Below are positions 42,920 to 54,966 of a stretch of DNA of 64,000 nucleotides, in pieces. The stretch spans positions 26,441 to 90,440 of the forward strand of contig QPMI01000270.1 in the NCBI GenBank assembly GCA_004431415.1, read 5' to 3'. A model generated the notes under the pieces. It searched no databases, was not told where the DNA came from, and was given only the letters and a program-made list of their open reading frames with translations. The position numbers and the translations under genes are program-made. The stretch comes from Cyanophora paradoxa CCMP329 (lineage: Eukaryota; Plantae; Glaucophyta). Positions within the stretch are counted from its first letter, which is position 1. Each line of letters begins with the position of its first letter.

Positions 42920-45280
42920 ATGAACGCGCTGGCGGACCTGCTCTCTGCAGCCGTGGAGGAGGTGGAGGCCGAGCGGCAGGCCGCGCCCGACGAGTGCGCT
43001 GCCGTGCAGCGCCGCGTACGGCGTGGCTGACTGCGCGCAACGCCAGATTGGAGCTCTTCGAGGAGCCGAGCGAGGGCACGCATGCCCTGTCAGCCCGCGG
43101 CCGCGGCCCCTCGCCCATCCCTGCGGGCCTCTCTCGCTACGCCGCCGACCCGGAGATCGCACCAGCAAGAAGAACACCCACGGAAGCCGCGCGTACTTCT
43201 CCGCCTGCAGCGGCGGCGCGCGGGACCTCGCCCTCCGAGTGGCCGAGCAAGCACGGGGCGGATCCTCCGGCCAAGGAGAGGCGCCCCGGCGCCGCACCAA
43301 GCCTTTCCCGTAGGTCATCTGGCAACTCCGAGTTCGACATTGAATTCGAGGCGGCGCAGAGCCGGCTCTGCAAGCCGGTGCGCGCTCAGAGCTCCGCAGT
43401 CTCGCACGAAGCGCGCTGAGTGCGCTGCGCACAGTTATCGAGCACCGCGGACGACGAGTTCGACGACTTTAACGAGGGTCCGGTCGAGGCGGTGGACCTG
43501 CGAACCCCGCCCGGGCCCTCGGCTTCGGGCGCGTCCTCCTCCTTCCGCGCCGCCGAAGGCCGGCAGACTCCTCCCCCGCCGTCCACGCTTGGCGCTGCCG
43601 CCAAACCGCCCCTCCCGCCCCGGGAAAGCGGCGGTGGGGAGAGGCTGCGGGCTCGGATAGAGCTGCCGCGAGCGGCGCGGCCGACGTCGGCGCCGGTCTC
43701 GCGGGACGTGTCGCCGAGCCCGGCGGGGCCGGCCCCGGCTGCGGCGGCGTCGGCAGGGGCATCGCCGTCGAAGGGGCCGGCGGAGGAGAAGGCCCAGGAC
43801 CTGACGAGCGTCATCCGCGGCGGCTGGTCCCAGATCCAGGCCCTCAACCGGCAGTACGCCCGGGCTCCCGCGGTTCCCGGCCCTGCCCCCGTCGCGGAGC
43901 CCCAGCAGCGGCGGGGGAGCGATGGCGGCGAGCCGGAGCCGGCGCCCCGGCGGGCGTCGAGCGCCCCCTCCTCGCGGCCCCACACGCCGCCCGTCGAGGC
44001 CGGCGGCTCCAGCGGCGGGCGCGCGGGGACGGCGCGGGGGCGAGGGCGGCGAGCGCGGCGGGGCCGGCGGGGCCGGCGAGCGCGGCGGAGCAGGAGTGGG
44101 AGGACGTGGAGCGGCTGCGGGCGGCGGCGCCTGCGGAGCGGCGGGGCGTGGCGCCGGGCCCGCAGGCGGCCCTCTCCTACGACGAGGCGGCCGCCTGGTT
44201 CGCCTCCCGCGACCTCTCCGACGCCGCCGTCCGCCGCCCCGCCCGCCCCGCACCGTCCCGCCCCGTCCCCCGCGAGCCCCGCGCAGCGCGGCATCCAGGC
44301 CGAGGCGAAGCGCCCCGCCGGCGTCCTCGCCGCCCTCGCCGCCCTCTTCTCCCGCGGGGCCTCCTGGCCCAAGGCCCCGTCGCCCCTCACGGACGAGGTG
44401 CGGCCCGTGGGGGCGGGGGCGGGGCGGGGGCGGGGCTGAGGGGCGGGCAGCGGGACCGGGTTTTCACGTACGCACGCGTTGCCTTCGACAACGAGGAGCC
44501 CATGCACCTGCGCGTCCTCCAGGCCCGCCCCGCCCACCCCGCCCACCCGCCTCGCCCCGCCTCACCCCGCGCAGTCCGTCTTCATGAAGCTCACTGGCGC
44601 CAAGCTCCCCTGCCCCCGCTACGGCAAGCACTGGGACATCATCGGCTTCCAGGGCGCGCCCCGCCGCTGCCGCGCCGCCGCGGTGCGCCGAGGGGCGAGG
44701 CAGGGACGGACCCGGCGACGGACCTGCGGGGCGTGGGCATGTTCGGTCTCCTGCAGATCCTCTACTTCGCCTCCGTGCCGCCGCCCCCCCGGCCGCCCGG
44801 CTGCCGCGCGGGGCCCGACGCGGCGGGGCGCAGAAGCACGGCGACCTTGCGCGGGAGGTGCACCGCCTCTCGCGGGACGAGTACCAAAGCTTCCCCTTCG
44901 CCGTCGTCTCGCTCAACGTCTCCCGCCTCGCCCTGGAGGCCCTGCGCGAGGGCCGCCTCACCGACGCCTGCCGCCGCCGCGCCGCCGTCGCCCCCGTCGT
45001 CCACGAGTTCGCCTTCGGCGCCCTCTTCGACTTCTACTCCACCTGGTGCCCCGCCCCCCGCCCGCCCCCGCGCGCGACCGATCGAGCCGGCGGGCGGGGG
45101 CGCAGGAAGGCGGGGCGGTGCACGATCAAGGACTTCGACAGCGTCTTCTACAAAGAGCTCACCGCCAAGTGCAAGAAGCGGCCCGAGAAGATCCTCGCCG
45201 CCTTCAAGGAGGCCACGAACCCCTCCCGCCGCCGCATCGACGTCGACAAGGACGCCGCGCCCCTCTCCTTCATGGACTAG
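42920..45280 (+). CDS. ELMO/CED-12 domain protein (ELMOD3-like ARF/ARL GAP)
   Basis: FDNEEPMHLRVLQ|SVFMKLTG...HWDIIGFQG|TDPATDLRGVGMFGLLQILYF...FPFAVVSLNVS...IKDF. Confidence 0.9.
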
Positions 45281-45785
45281 GCCCCCACCCGCCCTCCCCG
45301 CGCGCCTCCTCAGCCAGCCGTGCGACCCCGCCTCACACATACCCCTGACCCCTTCTCCGCCTGTTCCCACCCTTTGTCCTTTTTTCTCCAATCGAAATTG
45401 AAGTCTCACGCATGACCGTCGGACGGGCCCAAGGCCGTCTAGTGTTTTAAACGGGGACGGGTTCGGGGGTCCGGACTCCGGAGTACTCAATCGCGTGACA
45501 CGGGGAGTCGGGACTCGGGACTCAGAGAGTTGCAATCGGGACTCGGGACAAGGGAATCGCCGATCGCGAGTCAATGGCTTATGTACATGTGCACAGCCTC
45601 ATGGGGCACAGGGATAAGGCTCAGTAGGGCCGGTACCTCGTGTCGCGCGAGGCGTCCCGTGCCGGGCCACCTGGGGCCGCGCTCCGCCCGTAGCCTCCAG
45701 AACTGGGGGCCGGGCCGTACGATGCCGACGAGGCGTAGCTGCCGCGCAGCGTCAGCAAGCGTCGCGCGGCGGCCTGGGCGGTCAA

Positions 45786-48091
45786 TCACTTGGAGCCGCC
45801 GTAGTCGTACGGGTCGCCGCCGTAGCCGCCGCTGCCGCTGCCTCCGCCGCCGCGATAGTCGTCATAGCCGTAGCCGCCCGAGCCATAGCCGGCGTAGCTG
45901 CCGCCCGAGCCCGCTGACGGGCCGCCGCGCCCGTAGCCTGAGCCGTAGCCGGCGCTCGAGCCACCATAGCCGCCGGAGTAGGAGCCGCCGTAGGCGCCGC
46001 CGGACCCACCGCCTACCATTTGAGGGTTCAGGTAGGTGGGAGGTGCTGAAGGAGACGGGGCCGCCGCCGCAGCCTCTCGCTCACCGTAGCCGCCGCCCCC
46101 GCCTGTCCCGCTCGACCCGTAATAGTCGCCGTAGCCGCCGCGGCCAGAGCCCCCGTAGCCCCCTCCGCCACCGCCACCGCCGCCCCTGCACGCAAGAGAT
46201 CAGTTGGAAGCAGAACAACGCAGGCCCGCGCGAACGGACCTGCCGCCGGAGGTGCTAGCGCCGTAGCCGTAGTCGTAAGCGGCTGCGCTGTCGCTGGCTC
46301 GGCTGCCGTACCTGCCCGCCACACAGTCAGCCCGGGGGCCAGGACCAGCTTGCGTGACTAGGAAGGAGAGCCGGAAGCCGGAAGAGGGGGTGGGTGGGTG
46401 GGTGGGTGGGTGGGTGGGTGGGGGTGGGGGGGGGGGGGGGGGGGGGGGGGGGGGGCTGACGAATAATCGCTTCGATCGTAGCCGCCGCCGCCCCCGCCGT
46501 AGCCGCCCCCGCCGTAGCCGCCCCCGCCGTAGCCTCCCCCGCCGTACGAGCCGCCGCCGTAGCCGCCGCCGTATGAGCCGCCATAGCTGCCGCCTGCGGG
46601 CGAGTCTACACGGGTGTCCGCCCGTCCGGCATGGGGTGGGCGAACCATAGCCGCCCCCATAGCCGCCGCCACCGCCAGCGCCGCCGCCGCCGCTGCTGCC
46701 GCCGTAGGAATCTCCGAAGGAAGAGCCGCGACCGCCGCCGCCACCACCACCACCAGAGGTCTTGGCGGGGGGCGCCATGCCGCGGGGCTCGGCCTTCTTC
46801 ACCTCGACCTGCCCGGCGTCGGGCTGGGTACGTCGCACGGAAAGATGACGGTGGGCGCACCATCTTCCCGTTAATTTCGTGCTGGTCCTCGAAAACCCGG
46901 TCCACTGAGTTCTCGTCGTCGAAGGTGATGAACCCGAACCCGCTGCGCCCCGTTGGCACGACCGGGAGGGAGGGAAGAGGCGGGCGCACCGTGGCCTGTT
47001 TGTCTGCCTGTCGTACATGACCACTGCGTCCGCTACGTTGCCGTAGCGCATGAAGTGGTTTTTAAAGTCCTCTGCAGAGCGATGAGAAATCGGAGGGCAA
47101 GCGATACTGACTTGCGAACCTTCCGTCACAGACTGCGCGAGACCTGTAAAGAGAGGAAACGAAGAGTCAGCAAAAGACGGGCAGCGGAAGAAGTAGTCCG
47201 CGCAAAAGCTGTCGTAGCAAAGAGGACGAAAAGCTGAACTCCTCGAACGAAACAGCTGCGAAGACAGCTGCTACGGGCCATGAAACAACTAACCTCCAAC
47301 GAAGATCTTCTTCGTCCTGAAATCGCTAGTAGCGGGAGGCGGCTTAGTCTGGCCCTGAGGAGTAGCTCGCTTTGCCTCGACCTACGAGCGCTCGAGTAAC
47401 TATCCAACCGAACCGCGGGCGTCGTTACCTAGCGGATCCTGAACAAAAATCTTACGGCCTGCCCTGCGACCTGGCCTGGCGACGACCTGCCTGCCGACCT
47501 GCCTGCCGACCCTAGAGCTAGACAAGCCGAGCTATCCCGCATACTGCTGCAATACGCAGATATTCCCTTAGCAGATCGAGAGTATTTACCTGACGACCGT
47601 CGATCGTGTGAGTCTCAGCGACAACGCGGTCCACCACGTCTCCATCTGCGCGGAGAACTTGGGCGGAAAACAAACGCGATAGCTCGATCCGCGTACCTTC
47701 GAAGATGACAAAACCAAAGCCTCTGCACGAAAGAACACTGTTAGCGTCGGGTGCTTGCGCGGGGAGCCGTCCTCACCGAGGCTTGTTCGTGACCTACGCA
47801 GTGGTTAGCCGGGTGACTTTGCGGGGGCCTGCGAGCGGAATACCTTGTCTCGCATGACTAGTACCTCGCGGATAGCGCCATAGTGCTCGAAATGCATACG
47901 CAGCGTCTCCTCCTGAGTCTCCCAACTCAGGCCGCCGAGAAACACCTGCGGGAAGGCGATCAGCTGCTTCTAGGAGGTGGTTGCTTGGATCGGGGCTTCG
48001 AAGGACCGACCTTCCCCCGTTGCGTCTCGCCGCTCGTTGGGATGCCCATGTCAGCCGCATGCGCGGTGCCTGAGACATGCTGGCCCTCCAT
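45786..48091 (-). CDS. Two-RRM RNA-binding protein (hnRNP A1/DAZAP1/Musashi-like) with Gly/Tyr-rich tail; start approximate
   Basis: RRM1: VFLGGLSWETQEETLRMHFEHYG...RGFGFVIF...HTIDGRQ. RRM2: KKIFVGG...FMRYGNVADAVVMYDRQTNRPRGFGFITF...EVKKAEP. GGY-repeat low-complexity C-terminus. Confidence 0.9.
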
Positions 48092-48319
48092 CGCGGCGCC
48101 TCCTTAGGCGGGTTTGAGGGCGAAAAAGCGCCTGAAACCACCGGGTAAAGTTTAGAGTGGTGAGGAAGAGCTGAGTAGGCGGGCTCGAAGATTCGAGCAA
48201 TCCCTGCACACTGACCGTAGCCTGGGTCGTTTCCCGTACGCTACTTTCGGCGCCAAGGCCGCAGAAGTTGCTGGGTACGTAACTCGGTGCGGAAACGGGT
48301 ACGCTTGGTTGGCCGTGTC

Positions 48320-50350
48320 ATGTTCTCCCTCGCGGTAGGCGCGCCGGTCGCCCCGGCAAGTCCGTCGGTCGTTTCGGCGGCATCTGTATGCACTGCTCCC
48401 CCTTCGAGGTCGATCGGGTCCCGACCCGGCGCTGCGGCGCCCTTGCGAAGCACCTGGACGCCGAGCGCCGAGCCTCTCTGGCGTCACGCCGGCAACTGCA
48501 AGAGGACATTTGCCCCCGCCACTCGCGCACCGGCGTCCGCACAGTTCCAGCAGCAGGGCTACGGCGCATCTCAGGCGCCAGGACAGCGCCGCGACGCCGA
48601 GCAGAGCATCACCGGCGCTGTAGTTGATGACCCGCAGCGCACCATGGCCCCTGACGGCAGTGCGCCGCGCCCGCCAGCGGCGCGCTTGACGCATGCTCCG
48701 ACGCCCCTGCGATCAGGCATCCTGGTGGAGGCGGACGTGGAGGAGGCCGGCGATCAGACATCGACCATACATCGTGTGATCTTCTGCGGCCTCGCCCAGT
48801 CCGATTTCGCGACGTACGTGCACGCGGGCGACACGGTCACCGTCACCGGCCACATCGAGAGCCGCGAGGTGCGCGGCCGCGCGAGGCGGCGCTCGCCTCC
48901 GCGGCTGATCGGAAGCCAGACGAGGGACTTATCTTCAGGGCAGACGCAGCGCACGCCGGTCTTCATGGCGAGCGGCTTCCAGCTCAACGGAAAGCAGACG
49001 ATTGCGCTGGAGGGGCGCGTCGGGGCCTTCCCAGAGTCGATGGACGTGCAGGGACGCAACGGCGTCGTTCACCTCACGAAGGCGGTGGTGGCCGGGGCGA
49101 AGCGGGCGGACGGCTCGACGGAGTGGCGCCGCCTCGCGCTCTGGAACGATGCCGCCAAGGCCTTCGCGGCGCGCGTGCAGAAGAACGACACCGTCCGCGC
49201 CATCGGCAGCCGCATCCGCGTCTCCGAGGTACCACCCCGCCGCGCCGCCGCGCCCGGCGGGGCGCGTGACGGGCGGGGCCAGTACACGAGCAAGGAGGGG
49301 GTCCCGCGGACGTCGTTCGAGCTGACGGCTAAGGACTTTGAGGTGCTGGGGAGCGGGGAGGGGTCCGGGGAGGCGATGGAGGCGGTGGAGGGGGAGGTGG
49401 TGGAGGTGGGCGAGGTGCGCGCCACCGCCACCGGCAAGACCGTCCTCAACGCCAGCGTCGCCACGGGGGCCCTCCCCGACGGCCGCCCCGCCTACCGCCG
49501 CGTCTCCCTCTGGAACCGCACCGCCCGCGCCTTCGCCGCCACCGTCCGCCCCGGCGCCCGCGTCCGCGTCGAGGGCATCCCCAAGGAAAGCACGGTGCGC
49601 GGCCCGGGGCCCGGGGCCCGGGGCGCGTGCCGCTCGGGCGGGCGAGTGGGCGGCGCAGTGGGTGGACCGGGAGGGGCAGCAGCGGACCTCGCACGACCTC
49701 ATGGGCGTCAAGTTCTCCCTCCTCGACGCCTCCCCCGGCGCCGCGAGCGCCCCCGCGCCGGCCCGGACGCCCGCCGGTGGGGGCTCGTGGGGAGGGGCGG
49801 GGGGCGGGGCCGGGGCGGGGGCCGGGGCGGCGCTGGAGGCGGCGGAGGGGGAGCTGGTGGAGGCGGCGGAGGTGCGGGAGCTCGAGGGCGGCAAGGCCGT
49901 CCTCAACGCCGCCCTCCTCCTCGGCCGCCTCCCCGACGGCCGGCCCCAGCTCCAGCGCTTCTCCCTCTGGGACGGCACCGCCCGCGCCTTCGCCGCCGCC
50001 GCCCGCCCTGGCGCCCGTGTCCGCGTCGAGGGCCGCTTCAAGACTAAGAACGTGCGGGCCGCCCCCGCCCAGCCGCCGCCGGCCGCCCTCTGCGCGGGGC
50101 CTGAGCGCGGGGGCAGTGGGTGGACCGGGAGGGGCAGCAGCGGACCTCGCGGGAGCTCTCCGCCACCAAGTTCTCCCTCCTCGACTCCCTCCCCGGCTCC
50201 GGCGGCCCCGCCCCGCAGCCGCCGGCCGCCCCCGGGGGCACCTGGACCCGCAGCGCCGGCTTCGGGCGCGGCGCCTACGACGCCGCTGCCGCCGCCCCGA
50301 GCTCGGCCGCAGGCTCCTTCGGTGCTGCCGAGGACGTCGCGCCCTTCTGA
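48320..50350 (+). CDS. SSB: Organelle (probably plastid)-targeted bacterial-type SSB with four tandem OB folds and one acidic C-terminal tip
   Basis: Ser/Ala/Pro-rich N-terminus starting MF. Four SSB-like repeats, e.g. TEWRRLALWNDAAKAFAARVQKNDTVRAIG and RRVSLWNRTARAFAATVRPGARVRVEG..WVDREGQQR. Gly/Pro linker and terminal AEDVAPF*. Confidence 0.85.
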
Positions 50351-50527
50351 GCCGCCACCCCCCCCGTCCGCGGAGTACGCGACTGGACTTGGTCGAGCGC
50401 TTAGGGTGTGTTGAAATTCGACTAGACATGACTAGCGCGGACGTCAGGCACTGGGTCTGTCACTCAAACGGCACTGCGGCTGTCTCTCAGGTCAAGCTGG
50501 CTCTGTCTCTCTAGATCTCAGACTAGA

Positions 50528-53432
50528 CTACGGGCTGGGGCGCGATTCTACTCGATGGCAGTCAAGCGGCAGCCGACGGGGCGTCGGGGAGGGGGGAGGC
50601 GGCCGGCAGCGGGGAGGGGTGCTTGGGGTGATCGGGGGGAGCGAGCGACGAAGCCTGGGCGGCGGGCACAGGAGGAACGGGGGGATGCGCGGCGGAAGCG
50701 GCAGCGGCGGGAACGTCGCTGTAGAGGAGCTCGAAGCTGCGCGGGCGTCAGGCGGGGCAGCGCTGGGCGCGCGAAGGCAGCGCGGACCCGTTCTCAGAGG
50801 CGGGGGGCGGGTGGGCGCCGGGGGGCGGGGGGAAGAGGGGGTCGAGGGCGATGCGGAGGGCGTCGTCGACCATGCGGGGCAGGATGCGTCCCAGCAGCGC
50901 CGACGCGATCTCTGCCCCCGCCCCCCGTCGCCCCGCCCCGACGCGCGCCGCCGCCCGGCCGGCGCACCGAGGCACGGGTTCGTGTTGACCTCGATGAGCC
51001 AGACGCGGTTCCTGCTGTCGATCTGGGGGCCGGCGTGAGGGCGGCGGTGGCGGCGGCGGGCGGCGGGCCCCCACCATGAAGTCGTAGCCGAAAACCTCGA
51101 AGCACCAGCGTCGGTTCATCGCTGCGCGGCCGTCAGCGTGCGCGCGCGGGCGGCGCCGGGCGCACCGTTCATCATCTTGCGGACGGAGAGCATCGACTGC
51201 ACGACGAGCTCCTTCATGCGCGGCGCGAAGCTGGCGGGGGTCGGGCGGGGCCACGGGGCGGGCTGGGCGGCGGCGCACTCGAGCTCCATGCAGAGGGGCC
51301 GGTCGCCTGCGACGCGCGGGCCGAACTCCTCCAGGTACCTGCCCCCGCGCCCCATCAGCTGCCCCGCCCCGCCTCTCCGCCCGCACGCCGGCCGCTCCGC
51401 ACCTGTCGAATTGCTCGTAGCTCAGTTGGTTGCCCTCCTCGTGTTCGCCGTAGTTGCTCCCCGTCTTTTGCACGGCGTTGTTCGTCAGGCTGCGCGCCCC
51501 GGATTACGGGCGCCAATCCGGGGGCGGCCACGTGCCGCACTGCACGAAAAGGTCTCTGCCGGCGGGTGAGGGGCGGCGAACGGCGAGCGGGCGGGCGCGG
51601 CCGGCCGCACCTCAGGTTCTCGCAGTCGAACTGGGCGCTAGAAGTGCTGCGGCGGGTGAGGGGGAGGGTGAGGGGGCGGGTGGGCGTGGTGCCCCGGGGC
51701 CCGCGGCGCCGCCGGACCCACCGGAGATAGCCGTCACGGTAGAGGTAAATGTTGAGGGCCGAGTCGACCAGCACGTAGCACCGGATGTCTGCGCCCCGTC
51801 GCGCCTCGCAAGCCGGCGCGCCCCGCCGCCGCGCACCGAACTTGCGGTTGTGGATGAGCATCGGTCGCTCCATGTCTGCGCGGCGCCCGCCGATCACGTG
51901 CCGTCACGACGGGCCTCGGGGCCTGGCCGAAACGCGCTTACACTTCTGGATGATCTGCGCGAGGAGAAATGGTCAACGGCGGGGGGTGCGCCGCGGCGGG
52001 GGCAGCCGAAGAGGACGCACCCAGCCGTGCGTCGCGCTCTCGCTCGAGATGATCTGAGCGAGGCTAGGGCCAGAGCGCGGGGCGGCGAGGCGGGCCGGGC
52101 GTACCTCAGTGAGTGCCGCGAGGTTCGAAAAGACTTGAATGCCGCGGCCTGTGGGGCGTGAGGGCGGGGCGGGGCGGAGCGGGGCGGAGCAGAGCGGGCG
52201 GGCGTGCCGCGGTTGAGGCCGGTGGGCTTAACGATCCAGATGTTGTGGGCGCAGTCCTCTGGGGCCACCTGCCGCCGCGCGTAGCGCTCTCGGCCCACGC
52301 CGGCCGCCCAGCCCTGGCGCCCCGCGGGGCGGGCGGCGCCCTTGGCGGCTCCCTCGAGGGACATGCTGGCGCCCGTGACGGCGGGAGCCTGCCTGGGGCG
52401 CGGCGCGGGGGCCGCCTTCTCCTCCTCCTCGCCGCCCGGGCGGGCCGGGGAGGGGGCGGCGCGGCCGGCGCGCTCGATGGCGGCGGCGTACTTCGCCGCC
52501 CGCCGCGCCTTCTGCGCCTCCGACGCCCGCTCCGAGTCGCTGAGGGCGCGGCGGGCCTCCTCCCCCGCCCCGCCCTCACCCCGCCCCGCGTTGTCCTCGA
52601 ACTCCGACTCCGCCCCGCGCCCCGCCGCCCCCGTCAAGTGCCGCACCGCCGGCAGCTGCGGCAGCTTCCCTGCGCCCCCCGCTGTCGGCCCTCCACGGTT
52701 CTACCTGCTGCCCCGCCCCGGCACGAACCGAAGCTCTCGTTACCCTTCGGTGCTGGCGGGGAAACCCCGCTAGCTCGCGGCTTGGCTTTCGCCGGAGCTG
52801 CGGCGTCTTAGGGCGCGATTCAAGGCGGGCGAGGGGCAAGGTGCGGGGTACGATGGCGGGCACCGTGGGCTGGCGGTCCCGAAGATCTCTGCGCGGGGGC
52901 CGTGGGGAGGCGGCCCTTGCCGACGGGGGCAGGCTCGGCGGCCGGCCGCCCGGCGACCGTCGCCGCGAGCGCGCGCTCCCTCGGGGTCTCATCGGGCTCG
53001 GGCGCTTCGCCCTCCTCGCCCCTGCGCCGCGTCAGGCCTGCTGGCGGAAGGTGGGGACGAGGCGCGCTTCTTCCGCGGCCTCGCCTCGCGCTCCTTCTTC
53101 TCCTTCTTGATGGAAGCCGTCCGCTTCGAGAGGCCGTGCCGCTCGTCGAATTTCTGTGCCCGCCTCAGCCGGCTCCGCCCCGCCGCGGGGGCGCGCGCGG
53201 CGGGCCTTCAGGGCCAGGGCCTTGAAGAATGCAACGAACTGGTGGTTTCGGGGGCGGCGATCAGGCGGGCCACGAGGGGCCCTGGTGGCGGCGCACCTCG
53301 AGGAACTCCCTGTCTTTCGTCCCGCCTCGAACGAGGTACGTGATTGGGATCGCGTCGAAGACCTGCCACAGATTGGACCTCGCCCGCAGCCCCTTTCCGG
53401 CCCCTCCCCCCGGCCCCGCCTCCAACCCAGCG

Positions 53433-53465
<33 letters not shown>

Positions 53466-54189
53466 CTCGGTCCTCGCCTTCGCTCCCCCCGCCCCGCGCA
53501 CATTCGCACAATTCCTCTCGAAGTACGCCTGCGCGGTATGAAAGTCATGTGCACTGTGCAAGAGAGCGGGTGGGGATCGCGCACTCGAAGGTTCCTGTAG
53601 AGGCCGCTTTTCGTGCAGATCTGCGCAGATAGGCAGAACCCGACCTCGAGAACCTGGCGCATACAGGCGCAATTCACCTCGCCGTTCCCTTCGAAATGAT
53701 TCACGATCTGACGCGATTTAGAACTGAGGCTGGCATAGTCGATTTTATGACCTGCCCACGGATCAAATATCACGTGCACGGGCGACCCCCGAGACACCCC
53801 GCGCACCCGTCTGCTTCCTGAGATGAAGTCAGCAATGCTATTAAGCCAGTCGTGGGCAGCTCCTTACCAGAAGAAATTCCAAACCCTCTCATCGCTGGAC
53901 TCTTCCCACCACGGTCTCTTGGATAGCGCATCCTTCACGATTGCACTGTTGTTGCCCTGCATCAAGACGCGCGTTAGCACGCTGTTCAGCAACCCTGCAA
54001 CACGTTAGCTAAGCGGGTGACCCTGCCAGCTCGCTCTGCGTCCTGGCACTGCTGCATCACCTTGAGAATCACGTAGCGGTAGTTGCCACTAGCAGGCGGT
54101 GGCGGAGACGGATCCTTGGGGGACGGCCGCTGCGCATGCTGCCCCGCAGCTTGACGCTCAGCAGATGCTACTATCTTTGGCGGGTTCAT
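50528..54189 (-). CDS. Tubulin-tyrosine-ligase-like (TTLL) protein; both ends approximate
   Basis: NIWIVKPTGLNRG, IIQK..ERPMLIHNRKF|DIRCYVLV, LTNNAVQK, FEVFGYDFM|IDSRNRVWLIEVNTNPCL, and N-terminal GNNSAIVKDALSKRPWW. Confidence 0.9.
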
Positions 54190-54966
54190 GGCGCTCTCAA
54201 ATAGCAGCGTCTGATCGCGCTCTCGTGCCTCTTGCGACGACCGCAGGCCTGCGGCGAGTGAAGAGTGGAGGACTTTTGGCCGATACGTTTTTCCTGGTAC
54301 GTCTTCAGCTTGATCTGCACAGAGCGGGGCTCCGAGGCTCGGCAGCGGCCAGCTGCAGTGGGCTAACAACGCTTATGGTACGCTAGTACCCCCACGGAAG
54401 ATGAAACGTACCCCCATCGATGTCCCCTTGACTCCCCGCGGCCGGCCCTAGGCCTCGAGCTTCCGAAGTTCGGACTCAGTGACTCCCCTAATTCCCTTCG
54501 AATCTGATGATACCTAGGCGCGGCGCGGCGCAGACGTGGAGCTAGCTATAGATCACTGAGTCAACAAAAGAGGGAGCTCGCCGAGTCGGCCGCGGGCCAA
54601 CTGATCATGATCATGAGGCCCTCATGATCAGGGCGTTGAGCAGCTGTATACATGGAGGGAGCCCAATCATGATCAGGCGGGCTGGCTGGCACTGCTACGC
54701 CGTGGCAAGATTCCAGCACATACTTCGATAACTAGCCATACTATGATAGCTACTGTGTGTGAAGCAGGTTTCGCTGAGTCAATGGTCCAGCTGAATTGCG
54801 AGCAATAACCAAGCCAGAAGAGATCCGGAGCCACAGTTGCTGAGCCGGTTGGATCGGAGATCTCTAGATGTACGTGGCTCAGTGGAGACTGGGCGTAGAT
54901 CCAAGTGAACACTGCTAGTCGGTAGCTGATATCGCGTGCACGTGTCACGTCAAATTGTCATCCAAC

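Noticed and set aside
46388-46455. Long G/C homopolymers and (GGGT)n runs (also near 16180, 23450, 53435, 63980) as telomeric repeats or G-quadruplex elements
   Set aside because: Where I could place them, they lie inside introns, which are generally C- or G-run rich here. Lengths are unreliable and there is no telomere-type unit array.
45786-46753. GGC/TAC-rich repeats as a microsatellite
   Set aside because: They encode the ordinary Gly/Tyr-rich low-complexity tail of the hnRNP-like protein.
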